Source: Candidatus Doudnabacteria bacterium (GTDB lineage Bacteria; Patescibacteriota; Doudnabacteria; UBA920). From it: a stretch of DNA of 64,000 nucleotides. Of the stretch, positions 1 through 8,239 are shown piece after piece. Below the pieces are notes generated by a model. The model ran no database searches. It saw nothing but the letters and a program-made list of their open reading frames with translations, and was not told the origin of the DNA. The stretch spans positions 11,343-75,342 of the forward strand of contig JAHFJJ010000003.1 of the NCBI GenBank assembly GCA_023245895.1, read 5' to 3'. How positions within the stretch are numbered: position 1 is the stretch's first letter; every line of letters begins with the position of its first letter. Both the position numbers and the translations under genes were made by a program.

Positions 1-1408
1 TTTTTACCGCGGGCACGTTTAAACTGCCGGCCATGGCTTTGCGCATGGAAATCGGCCCATAACTTTCACCGCTGTAGTTTTGGGGGATGTAGCTTTTGCC
101 GGCGTAGGTGCCAAAATTAGTTACTACATCTACCAGTAAAGAGGCGGGAGAATAGCCAAAATCTTTTTTAAATGCTGTGCCGTAAACATAAGGCTTAAAA
201 CTGGAGCCGGGCTGGCGTTGGGACAGCGCCACGTTTACGTTGGGTTCAAACAAACATGTCTTGCCGGGTTTACAGCCTTCTGGTTCGGATTTCCCAAAGT
301 AATCTTTACTGCCGACCATGGCAAGAATTTGCCCGGTCTTTGGGTCAATGGCAACTAAGGCAGCGTTGTTTATGTTGTATTTTTTGCTTTCTTTTTCTAT
401 GTCGTCCTTAACCACTTTTTCGGCTATGTCCTGGAGTTTTGGGTCCAATGTGGTATAAACTTTCAGTCCGCCTTCTTCCAAAGTTTTCTCGCCGTACTTG
501 TTGGCTAAGTAATCTTGCACCCATAAAACGAAATGCGGCGCTTTAATGCCGTTGCTTAATTCCGCGAATTCTACTTTGGTTTCTTTTGCCTGTTTTTCCT
601 GTTCTTCATTAATGTAGCCCTGTTGCCTCATGACAGAAAGGATGGTGTTTTTCCTGTTATCCAGCGCTTCCCTGTTTGGGCCAAAGGGGTTGTAGTAAGT
701 CGGGGCCTGGGGCATTCCGGCAAGGTAGGCGCTTTCGGCCAGGCTTAAATTTTTAGCCGATTTATTGAAGTAACTAAGCGAAGCGGCTTCTATCCCGTAG
801 GCGTTCCGGCCGTATGGGATTTCGTTTAAATAGAGTTTTAGAATTTCATCTTTGGAAAAACGCGAGTCAATGAGCACCGCTAAAATAAGTTCGCGGATTT
901 TTCTGTCCCAGGATTTGTCATCGGTTAAAATGGCTTTTTTTACAAATTGCTGGGTAATGGTACTGCCACCCTGGCTTTTACTGCCCGTCAAAATATCCAC
1001 CATAATGGCCCTGGCAATGCCGGTTAAGGAAATTCCGCCGTGTTTAAAAAAGTCTTTGTCTTCAACCGCCACCGTGGCGTTTTTTAAATCAGGCGAGATT
1101 TGGTCCAGGTTAACCTGCGTGCGCTTGTATTCGCCGTGGATTTCGTAAAGCAGGCTGTTGTCCCGCGCGAAGATTTTGGTAGATTCCGGAACATTTCTAT
1201 CCAGCAGTTTGTTGGGATCCGGCAGGTCTTTGGCGTAGTATAAAAACAACACGGCCGTAAATAAAACGCCGAGGGCAAAAATTCTGAACAGCCAGGTAAA
1301 AGTTTTTTTAAGGTTAAATTTGCCGAACTTAAAGCGGAATTTTTTTCCGGATTTGGGTTTACGGTTTTCCGAGTTAATTTTTGGGGTTTTGTAGCTGTAT
1401 ACGCGCAT
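1..1408 (-). CDS. Class A penicillin-binding protein (PBP1A family, transglycosylase/transpeptidase); 3' end runs off the window
   Basis: Manual translation of the minus strand from ATG at 1408: TM anchor, then EDKDFFKHGG, GGSTITQQFVKN, RKIRE, YLNEIPYG (transglycosylase motifs) and RQPGSSFKP (SxxK). Not in the ORF track because the stop lies outside the window. Confidence 0.92.
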   Translation of the reverse strand, partial: MRVYSYKTPKINSENRKPKSGKKFRFKFGKFNLKKTFTWLFRIFALGVLFTAVLFLYYAKDLPDPNKLLDRNVPESTKIFARDNSLLYEIHGEYKRTQVNLDQISPDLKNATVAVEDKDFFKHGGISLTGIARAIMVDILTGSKSQGGSTITQQFVKKAILTDDKSWDRKIRELILAVLIDSRFSKDEILKLYLNEIPYGRNAYGIEAASLSYFNKSAKNLSLAESAYLAGMPQAPTYYNPFGPNREALDNRKNTILSVMRQQGYINEEQEKQAKETKVEFAELSNGIKAPHFVLWVQDYLANKYGEKTLEEGGLKVYTTLDPKLQDIAEKVVKDDIEKESKKYNINNAALVAIDPKTGQILAMVGSKDYFGKSEPEGCKPGKTCLFEPNVNVALSQRQPGSSFKPYVYGTAFKKDFGYSPASLLVDVVTNFGTYAGKSYIPQNYSGESYGPISMRKAMAGSLNVPAVK

Positions 1409-1552
1409 ACCCAGTAGAATTTCTTTGCGATTAATTAGTTGTAAAATCTATAAAATAAACAGGACTTTGATTATGCCCTAAAGTTTGCTAATCAACAGGC
1501 GCAAACAAGTTCTGCTGGGCATATGGTAGATTATACCTTTTTTGATTAATGA

Positions 1553-1581
1553 TTGACAAATAGGAAAAATAATGATAGTAT
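1553..1581 (+). promoter_or_regulatory. Sigma70-type promoter for the Tyr leader region
   Basis: TTGACA (1553-1558), 17 nt spacer, extended -10 TGnTAGTAT (1573-1581). Confidence 0.65.
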
Positions 1582-1589
1582 AGTGTTAT

Positions 1590-1655
1590 ATGAAGATTTC
1601 TTCTTCACAAATCAACAGCTATTACTACGCAACCTCCTTGCAGAGATTGCGGTAA
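1590..1655 (+). CDS. Tyr-rich leader peptide 1 (MKISSSQINSYYYATSLQRLR)
   Basis: 21-aa ORF with three consecutive Tyr codons, followed by alternative hairpins and a terminator. Confidence 0.8.
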   Translation: MKISSSQINSYYYATSLQRLR

Positions 1656-1677
1656 TTTGAAATTGTAATTTATTTTC

Positions 1678-1711
1678 AAACCGCCTCCCTGCAGGGAGGC
1701 GGTTTTTGTTT
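1678..1711 (+). terminator. Attenuator terminator 1
   Basis: AAACCGCCTCCCTGCAGGGAGGCGGTTT + T tract; 5' arm is also complementary to 1639-1662 (antiterminator). Confidence 0.8.
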
Positions 1712-1738
1712 ACCTAAATTTATTAAATATAGAAAACA

Positions 1739-1773
1739 ATCCGCCGAATCCGCCTTAGGCGGAGAAGGCGGAT
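1739..1773. repeat. REP-like palindrome, family A (TCCGCC-TnA-GGCGGA core)
   Basis: ATCCGCCGAATCCGCCTTAGGCGGAGAAGGCGGAT; near-identical inverted copy at about 20056-20090; related cores at about 9655, 23298, 33523, 53535. Confidence 0.75.
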
Positions 1774-1787
1774 AGGATGAATATCAT

Positions 1788-1877
1788 ATGACTTTAAATT
1801 TTACTCAACTAAACCCTTATTATTACAACCCTTTTCATAAGGTCAGTTTCAAGGCGCCGAAGAGTTATTGGTTATAA
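1788..1877 (+). CDS. Tyr-rich leader peptide 2 (MTLNFTQLNPYYYNPFHKVSFKAPKSYWL)
   Basis: 29-aa ORF with YYY at the same positions (11-13) as leader 1, followed by a terminator. Confidence 0.78.
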   Translation: MTLNFTQLNPYYYNPFHKVSFKAPKSYWL

Positions 1878-1911
1878 ATTATCAATTATTAGTTATTTCT
1901 TCAGCTCCTCC

Positions 1912-1947
1912 AACTGGCCTTATTATAGGGCCGGTTTTTTTGTTTTT
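1912..1947 (+). terminator. Attenuator terminator 2
   Basis: AACTGGCCTTA-TTA-TAGGGCCGGTT + T tract; 5' arm complementary to ATAAGGTCAGTT (1837-1848). Confidence 0.78.
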
Positions 1948-1966
1948 GAAAAACGAAAGGAGGAAA

Positions 1967-2638
1967 ATGAAAATAAAAACTATCGGGATTTTGGGAGGTC
2001 TTGGGCCGGAAACCACCGCAGAGTTTTATCTTAATTTGGTCAGGATGGCAACCGCACAGACCAGGCCGCCGGCTTGTATTTGGAGCCTGCCGCTGAACCT
2101 TAAAAAGGAGAGTGAATATATAAGCACAGGCAAGCACCTTGCTTATTACTTCTCTTTGCTAAAGCAAGGAGCAGAGGCGCTTGAAAAAGCGGGGTGCGAA
2201 AGACTCGTTATCCCCTGCAACACGGTCCACGAGTTCCATTCACGCCTAGCCAAAGCAGTTAATGTGCCTGTCACCAACTTGATTGAAGTCGTTGGCGGAG
2301 AAATCAATCGCCGCGGCTGGAAAAAAGTTTTTCTGATGGCAACTAGCCGCACGCTAAAGACAAGGCTTTACCAAAAAATTCTTTTGGGGTCGGGCATTGA
2401 GACAGTCATTCCCGCCTCGCAAGACCAAAGCAAGTTGGACAGGCTGGTTCAGGGTTTGTTGGGAGAAAAGGCCTCAACAACACATCAGGAGTTTTTGGAG
2501 AAGATGGTAAGTCGGAGCAAATCACAACACATCGTCCTTGGTTGCACTGACTTGCAATTACTTTTTCCCGCATCGGCAAGTGTTGTTGACAGTATGCACA
2601 CACTAGCGGCTTACACAGCTCAGCAGATTAAAATTTAA
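1967..2638 (+). CDS. Aspartate/glutamate racemase family amino-acid racemase
   Basis: IGILGGLGPETT, PCNT and LGCTD (both catalytic Cys); start moved to ATG 1967 behind AGGAGG. Confidence 0.9.
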   Translation: MKIKTIGILGGLGPETTAEFYLNLVRMATAQTRPPACIWSLPLNLKKESEYISTGKHLAYYFSLLKQGAEALEKAGCERLVIPCNTVHEFHSRLAKAVNVPVTNLIEVVGGEINRRGWKKVFLMATSRTLKTRLYQKILLGSGIETVIPASQDQSKLDRLVQGLLGEKASTTHQEFLEKMVSRSKSQHIVLGCTDLQLLFPASASVVDSMHTLAAYTAQQIKI

Positions 2639-2648
2639 AGGAGGCAGT

Positions 2649-3371
2649 ATGAAAGTTCTAGTTTTGGGTTTAGGCAAGTTCGGCATGTTTTTAGTTCAGC
2701 ATTTGGTTGCGGCCGGGCTTGAGGTTTACGGCTCTGACACCAACGCGGCTAAAAGGCAGGAACTGGAGGCTTGCGGGGGAGTTTGGCAACCGGAACAATT
2801 TTGTCCCGATGTGGTTATATTGGCCTTGTTTCCCAGCCAGATGACACCAGAGTTGCTTTTGGGACTTTGGCCGTCATCGCTGCTTGTGAATATAAGCAGT
2901 GTGCAGGCGCCGGGTATTGCCGCGCTACGGGAGGCGATTGGAATCGGCATCGAACGGATTTTTAGCCTCCATCCCCTGTTCGGCCCGGTGGCAGTCGCTA
3001 AGTCGGGCTGGGTAGGCAAGCAAATTGTCGTCACGCTTGAACCGTCTAATGACTGGCGAGCTGTTCAACTACTGGAGACTTTTGTAAGCAAGGGTGTGGT
3101 GATTGACAGGATGTCATCGACCGAGCATGACCACAAAATGCTCACCCATGCGCTGGCTTTCTTTCTGGCAGAGTTCATCCAAGCCGGAGCCGAAAGAGCG
3201 GATCCACGCTACCTTACAAGTTCCGCGCGGCATATGCTGGGTTTGCTGGACTATACGGCCGATTCCGCGGAGTTGCGGCATCTGATTCTTTCCAACCCAT
3301 CTCTCAAACAGCTTTTCCCAAAGCTACAAGGAGTCTGGGATGGGCTAGCGCAAGAGTTCGGTTTGCTATAG
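2649..3371 (+). CDS. tyrA: Prephenate/arogenate dehydrogenase (TyrA family, short form)
   Basis: N-terminal GLGKFG Rossmann motif, NISSV, HPLFGP, EHD motifs. Confidence 0.82.
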   Translation: MKVLVLGLGKFGMFLVQHLVAAGLEVYGSDTNAAKRQELEACGGVWQPEQFCPDVVILALFPSQMTPELLLGLWPSSLLVNISSVQAPGIAALREAIGIGIERIFSLHPLFGPVAVAKSGWVGKQIVVTLEPSNDWRAVQLLETFVSKGVVIDRMSSTEHDHKMLTHALAFFLAEFIQAGAERADPRYLTSSARHMLGLLDYTADSAELRHLILSNPSLKQLFPKLQGVWDGLAQEFGLL

Positions 3372-3380
3372 TGCTGGTTT

Positions 3381-3408
3381 GGGGCGGAAAGATATTCTCT
3401 TTCCGCCC
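3381..3408 (+). terminator. Hairpin after tyrA
   Basis: GGGCGGAAAGA...TCTTTCCGCCC followed by GTATTTT. Confidence 0.6.
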
Positions 3409-3449
3409 GTATTTTAAATAACCGATAAAAATGTTATTATAATATCATT

Positions 3450-4619
3450 ATGAATCCAATTGAAGAATTACTAACCAGAGGCGTAGAGGAAGTAATAGAC
3501 AAGGCTCATTTAGAGTCTTTATTAAAGTCTAAAAAAAAGCTTAGGATAAAACTCGGCATAGACCCAACTTCCCCCAATATCCATATTGGCAGGGCGGTTG
3601 CTTTGTGGAAACTTCGGGCGTTCCAAGAGCTTGGGCACCAGGTAATTTTTATTGTAGGCGACTTTACAGGGTTAATTGGCGATACCGCGGACAAAGATAG
3701 TGAGCGGCCAATGTTAAGCGAAGTCGAAATAAAGACAAATTTAAGAACTTACTTCAAGCAGGCCTTTAAAATTTTAGATCCTAAAAAAACAGAAACCCAT
3801 TATAATTCCAAGTGGCTGAAAAAATTAGGTTTTTTAGAAATCGGTAAAATGGCCAACTTATTTGGGCTCCACGAATTTGAATCCAGGGAGAACATTGCCA
3901 AGCGTATGAAAGCAGGTAAGAGAGTTTCTTTGCGCGAATTGCTCTACCCCATAATGCAGGGCTACGATTCAGTTGCCATAAAGGCAGATGTGGAACTTGG
4001 CGGAACGGACCAGCGCTTTAATTTTTTGGCAGGCAGGACTATTCAGCCGGCTTATGGACAACAGGGCCAGGACATTATAACCTTACAGCTTATGGAAGGC
4101 ACGGACGGCCGTAAAATGTCTTCTTCCTGGGGTAATGTAATTAACATTACGGACGAGCCTAACGACATGTTCGGCAAGGTAATGTCTATTACAGATGAGC
4201 TAATAAAAAAATATTTTGTGCTGGCAACTAGGGTGGATATTACGGAAATTGATGAAATTATGAAATTGCCGAACCCGCGTGACCAAAAAATTATCTTAGC
4301 CGAAAAATTAACAGGTCTTTACCATGGCGACAAAAAAGCTGCCGGCGCAAAGGAAGCTTTTATTTCTCAATTCAGTAAGGGTGAACTGCCGGAAGACATT
4401 GAAATTAAATTTTTGCCTTCAGGCTTCATACCAACAGTTTCAGTGACGACATCCTTTTTGGTTGGTATTAGTAAATCAGAGGCTAAGAGGCTGATGGATC
4501 AAGGTGGTTTAAAGATAGATTCTAAAGTGGTTAAGGAAGATAAAATAATCGAAGATATAGAGAAAGAGCATTTGCTTCAGGCAGGAAAAAGAAGATTTTT
4601 TAAATTCAAAAGAAAATAG
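3450..4619 (+). CDS. tyrS: Tyrosyl-tRNA synthetase
   Basis: LGIDPT, HIGR (HIGH-like), GGTDQ, KMSSS, C-terminal S4 domain. Confidence 0.96.
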   Translation: MNPIEELLTRGVEEVIDKAHLESLLKSKKKLRIKLGIDPTSPNIHIGRAVALWKLRAFQELGHQVIFIVGDFTGLIGDTADKDSERPMLSEVEIKTNLRTYFKQAFKILDPKKTETHYNSKWLKKLGFLEIGKMANLFGLHEFESRENIAKRMKAGKRVSLRELLYPIMQGYDSVAIKADVELGGTDQRFNFLAGRTIQPAYGQQGQDIITLQLMEGTDGRKMSSSWGNVINITDEPNDMFGKVMSITDELIKKYFVLATRVDITEIDEIMKLPNPRDQKIILAEKLTGLYHGDKKAAGAKEAFISQFSKGELPEDIEIKFLPSGFIPTVSVTTSFLVGISKSEAKRLMDQGGLKIDSKVVKEDKIIEDIEKEHLLQAGKRRFFKFKRK

Positions 4620-4701
4620 CAAACATAAAACCCCCTCGCTTATGAGGGGGTTTTAATTCAGCGTCTGATCAGCGTTATTATCCGCGAGTAATCGGCGGCT
4701 G

Positions 4702-4830
4702 TTACATTGCGGCATTCATACCTTCGCCGCCGTCTTTGCCATCTTCGTCGTCTGTAGCAGGGGCATCAGTTGCAGGGGCGTCGGCCGTTCCGCCGTCTGC
4801 GCCCATGCCGTCTTCGTCGTCAAAAAACAT
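4702..4830 (-). CDS. Small acidic disordered peptide (42 aa, MFFDDEDGMGADGGTADAPATDAPATDDEDGKDGGEGMNAAM)
   Basis: Manual translation; coding-like codon usage; below the ORF-track cutoff. Confidence 0.65.
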   Translation of the reverse strand: MFFDDEDGMGADGGTADAPATDAPATDDEDGKDGGEGMNAAM

Positions 4831-4901
4831 ATATTTTATTTTTTAATGGTAAGCCTAAAAACTTATAAAAATTATATCAAGGGATATTTATAATGTCTAG
4901 C

Positions 4902-4954
4902 GTAGCGTGCCCATTTATGGGCGTCCTCATATCGCCGATAAATCGGCACGCTAC
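4902..4954. repeat. GTAG-type REP doublet, family D (53 bp)
   Basis: GTAGCGTGCCCATTTATGGGCG...CGCCGATAAATCGGCACGCTAC; copies at 6151-6203 and 47428-47480. Confidence 0.9.
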
Positions 4955-5433
4955 ATCTTATATTTAGTAAAATAATGTCCGGCACACAGCGCAATGGCTA
5001 TTGCATCTGCCGCGTCGTCGGGTTTGGGAGGTGTTTTGAGCTTAAAAGTTTGCTGTACTACATATTGCACCTGTTTTTTTTCGGCCTTGCCATAGCCGCA
5101 AATAAAATTTTTAACTTGCAGGGGCGTGAATTCAAAAATAGGCAATTTATTTTTTTGGCAAACAAGCAGGGCTACTCCCCTGGCTTGGGACACAGTCATT
5201 ACGGTTTTTTGGTTGGTGGTTAAAAAAAGTTTTTCTACTCCCACAGCTTCGGGCTTGTATTTTTTTATCAGCTGATTAACATCTGCCGCTAAAATTTCCA
5301 AGCGTTCCGCGTCTGATAATTTTTTGTCAGTTGATATAACCCCAAAGTCAACCAGCTCCGGTTGGGTTTTTGTCTGCTTGATAATGCCGAATCCGGTTGT
5401 GGCGGTTCCGGGATCTATGCCGAGTATTATCAT
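4951..5433 (-). CDS. ruvC: Holliday junction resolvase RuvC
   Basis: ILGIDPG, VEKLF, GYGKAEKKQV, PDDAADA. Confidence 0.96.
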   Translation of the reverse strand: MIILGIDPGTATTGFGIIKQTKTQPELVDFGVISTDKKLSDAERLEILAADVNQLIKKYKPEAVGVEKLFLTTNQKTVMTVSQARGVALLVCQKNKLPIFEFTPLQVKNFICGYGKAEKKQVQYVVQQTFKLKTPPKPDDAADAIAIALCAGHYFTKYKM

Positions 5434-6146
5434 AAGTTTGCCGATGTATGTACCGCTATTACATCTTCATCATTTTCCAATTCCGCGAATAAAGCGTCTA
5501 CTTTGGGTTTTTGTTCTTCTGTTAAGTCCGTTCCCTGTGAAGACTCTTTAATTACGTCTGCCTGGGCTATTTTGGCCCCAGCAGAGAGCAGGGCCTGTTT
5601 AATTTTATTTAAATCTTGCGGCTTGGTGTAGACTTCAAGCCCTTCTGCTGATTCACGCACGTCGTCAGCTCCGACATCAATCGCAGCCATTTCTATCGCG
5701 GGTAAATTACTATCGCGCTCAACTAAAATTTGCCCTTTAGTGTTAAATTGCCAGGCGACGCTCCCCTGCGCGCCTATGTTGCCGCCGTGCTCAGAAAATA
5801 TTTTGCGAATGTTATTAAATGTGCGGTTGCTGTTGTCGGTTATGGCTTCTATTAAAAAAGCTGTTGCAAAAGGTCCGTAGCCTTCGTATACGACTTCTTT
5901 AATGCCCGCGCCTTTTTCGCCCAGGGCAGACTTAATTGCCCGCTCAATGTTGTCATTGGGCATGCCTTGGTCTTTGGCGTAAACTATGGCGCTATTTAAC
6001 CTAAAGTTGGAAGAGGGGTCTCCGCTACCGCCTTCTTTTACGGCAATGGAAATTTTTTTGCTTAACTTGGAAAACAGCGCTCCCCGTTTTTGGTCAAGGA
6101 CGCCTTTGGTGCGTTTAATTTGTGACCATTTGCTGTGACCGCTCAT
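5430..6146 (-). CDS. yebC: YebC/PmpR family protein
   Basis: MSGHSKW, YEGYGP, TDNSNRT. Confidence 0.96.
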   Translation of the reverse strand: MSGHSKWSQIKRTKGVLDQKRGALFSKLSKKISIAVKEGGSGDPSSNFRLNSAIVYAKDQGMPNDNIERAIKSALGEKGAGIKEVVYEGYGPFATAFLIEAITDNSNRTFNNIRKIFSEHGGNIGAQGSVAWQFNTKGQILVERDSNLPAIEMAAIDVGADDVRESAEGLEVYTKPQDLNKIKQALLSAGAKIAQADVIKESSQGTDLTEEQKPKVDALFAELENDEDVIAVHTSANL

Positions 6147-6150
6147 AAGT

Positions 6151-6203
6151 GTAGCGTGCCCATTTATGGGCGTCCTTGTACCGCCGATAAATCGGCACGC
6201 TAC
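6151..6203. repeat. GTAG-type REP doublet, family D
   Basis: Near-identical to 4902-4954. Confidence 0.9.
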
Positions 6204-6211
6204 AAGAAGAC

Positions 6212-6877
6212 TTACTTAAATGATACTAATACCGTCATTTCCCCCTTTATTGCTTGGCGGGTTTTTAGGTCCGCAATAACCTGGTCGGGCGCGCCGCGCA
6301 GAAATTCTTCGTGCATTTTGGTCAGCTCGCGTGCAATTACCACCTGGCTGTTTGGGAAGGCGTTGGAAATGTAGCTTAAGGTTTTCATAATCCGCTCCGG
6401 TGATTCATAAAAAATTGCAGTTGCTTCGGCATTGGCTGCGTCCTGCAAAGCTTGCACAGTTTTAACCGCGGTCTTTTGCAAGAAACCCAGGAATAAAAAT
6501 TTATCCGTAGGAAGTCCCGATGCAGAAAGCGCTGCAATGGCCGCGCTGGCTCCGGGGATTGGAATAACCGAAACATTTTCTTTTATGCATTCTCGCACAA
6601 GCCTAAAGCCAGGGTCTGAAACTCCCGGAGTACCGGCGTCGGTAATTAAACATCCGTCTTCTTTAGCCAAACGGCGGGTCAGGTCTTTAACTATCTGCTG
6701 TTCATTATGTTCGGCAAACTGCACCATTTCTTTTGGCCACGCGCCAACATGCTCCAACAGCCTTTTTGAGTAAAGCGGATTTTCGGCCATGACAAAAACG
6801 GCGGATTTTAAAGTTTCAATCGCGCGAAGGCTTATGTCGCCTAAATTACCAATGGGAGTTGCTACTACGTAAAGCAT
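6212..6877 (-). CDS. rsmI: 16S rRNA C1402 2'-O-methyltransferase
   Basis: LYVVATPIGNL, DAGTPGVSDPG, YESPER, RELTKMHEE. Confidence 0.96.
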   Translation of the reverse strand: MLYVVATPIGNLGDISLRAIETLKSAVFVMAENPLYSKRLLEHVGAWPKEMVQFAEHNEQQIVKDLTRRLAKEDGCLITDAGTPGVSDPGFRLVRECIKENVSVIPIPGASAAIAALSASGLPTDKFLFLGFLQKTAVKTVQALQDAANAEATAIFYESPERIMKTLSYISNAFPNSQVVIARELTKMHEEFLRGAPDQVIADLKTRQAIKGEMTVLVSFK

Positions 6878-7644
6878 TAATCCAATCCTTTAAGCCAGCT
6901 AATAAAAGTATCTTTCATAAATTTTTGGTGTTCCGGCTCTTTGCTGCCGTGCTCGGCTCCTGCCATTATTGCCAATTGTTTTTCACCGCCCAGTTTGTCC
7001 AAGAGCATTTTTTGGTGCTCCAAAGGGCAGACAGTATCTCTATCCCCCACTATAATTAATACAGGCATGGTTAGGTCGTGGGCCTTAGTCAGTAAGTCGT
7101 ATCTCAGCCGGTCTTCCATATGGGACCATGGCAGTAATTTTTTCTCTCCGGTTTCCGAATTAAATTCTTTTTCCTGTGCGCCTTGTTCTTTCCAAGTTTT
7201 TAAGCTTTCCGGACTTTTTGTTGCGGCGCTTAATTTTCCCGATACTACAGGAGCCAGCAAAAATAAAGCCTTAACTTTTTGTGGGTAGTCTTCAGCGTAA
7301 ACCCCGGCCGTAATGCCGCCCAGGCTTGAGCCAGCCAGAATAAACGGTTCCTTAAACCAGTTTTGGCCGCGTGCCCAGTTTATGACTTCTTTTAAGTCTT
7401 GGTAAAATTCGGTTATGGTTGCGTCTTCTGGTTTGCCGTCGCTTTTTCCGCGATGGTTCCTTGCGTCAAACCTTACAGCGGTATAGCCTTGTTCAAGGCA
7501 AGCTTCGGCAATATTTTTTCCGGTCGGCCTGTCCATATGCGTCCACAGCCCGTGCAGAATGAATACAGGGCCTTTGATATTGCTTTCGCCTTCGACTTTT
7601 ACGGCAATTTTTTGGCCTAATTTATTTTGGATAAAAGTTTCCAT
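6877..7644 (-). CDS. Alpha/beta hydrolase
   Basis: ILHG, GSSLGG nucleophile elbow, GDRD, GAEH. Confidence 0.88.
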   Translation of the reverse strand: METFIQNKLGQKIAVKVEGESNIKGPVFILHGLWTHMDRPTGKNIAEACLEQGYTAVRFDARNHRGKSDGKPEDATITEFYQDLKEVINWARGQNWFKEPFILAGSSLGGITAGVYAEDYPQKVKALFLLAPVVSGKLSAATKSPESLKTWKEQGAQEKEFNSETGEKKLLPWSHMEDRLRYDLLTKAHDLTMPVLIIVGDRDTVCPLEHQKMLLDKLGGEKQLAIMAGAEHGSKEPEHQKFMKDTFISWLKGLD

Positions 7645-7647
7645 ATT

Positions 7648-7926
7648 CTACCAGCCCTTGTCCGGGGCTTCCAAATTAAAAGCGGCTTCTATAAAGTCGT
7701 ATTCGGCTTTGAGTTTGTCGCGTTCTTCTTCCAATTCCTCTTTTTCGCGGCCTTCGGCTTCGTACCACTGGTCGTGGCTGTTTTGCAGTTCATCGTCTAT
7801 CTCCTGAAGCCTGGCATAAGCTTCGGTCTCGTTTTGGGGCCCCTGCTCGCTCCACTCCTCGTACTTCATCCCTAAGGTTTTTTGGTACTTGTCTTCAAAC
7901 AGGCTTTTTATATCATCTGCATCCAT
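7648..7926 (-). CDS. Hypothetical acidic helical protein
   Basis: ORF track; collinear with the downstream genes. Confidence 0.7.
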   Translation of the reverse strand: MDADDIKSLFEDKYQKTLGMKYEEWSEQGPQNETEAYARLQEIDDELQNSHDQWYEAEGREKEELEEERDKLKAEYDFIEAAFNLEAPDKGW

Positions 7927-7970
7927 ATATTAAATTTAATATTTACCTTGATATTCTACATCAAAAAGGC

Positions 7971-8186
7971 AAAAAGAAAAACCCCTTAGATTACCTGACC
8001 GTCGGGTCGAATGGTAAAAGGGGTCTTCCGGAAAAGTCAAAAGAAGTTTTTGTAACTATAAGAATAACCTTATAGCCGATTGCCCAGTAAATTAGGGCAA
8101 AAATGACGTTGCCTCGCGGCAATGTTGTTTAAAACTATTGATTTGTTTTTTATTTTGGTTTCTTCTAATGAAGAACTAACTTTTCT
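7971..8186 (-). ncRNA. Candidate structured ncRNA (or small-ORF mRNA) of unknown family
   Basis: Consensus promoter TTGCAA-17-TGcTATAAT (8221-8193), closing stem, several hairpins, terminator. Confidence 0.45.
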
Positions 8187-8239
8187 ATATTCATTATAGC
8201 ACACCTAAATTTTTTTTGCAACCCCCACACCAAACAGAC

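Noticed and set aside
1868..1966. N-terminal extensions given by the ORF track (racemase, pyrE, rbfA, GIY-YIG, bactofilin, ABC permease, rlmH)
   Set aside because: The extensions run through terminators, repeats or promoter elements; downstream ATGs match the family N-termini.
3372..3449. T-box riboswitch upstream of tyrS
   Set aside because: Only 78 nt with one hairpin and a -10-like box; no T-box motif or stem I.
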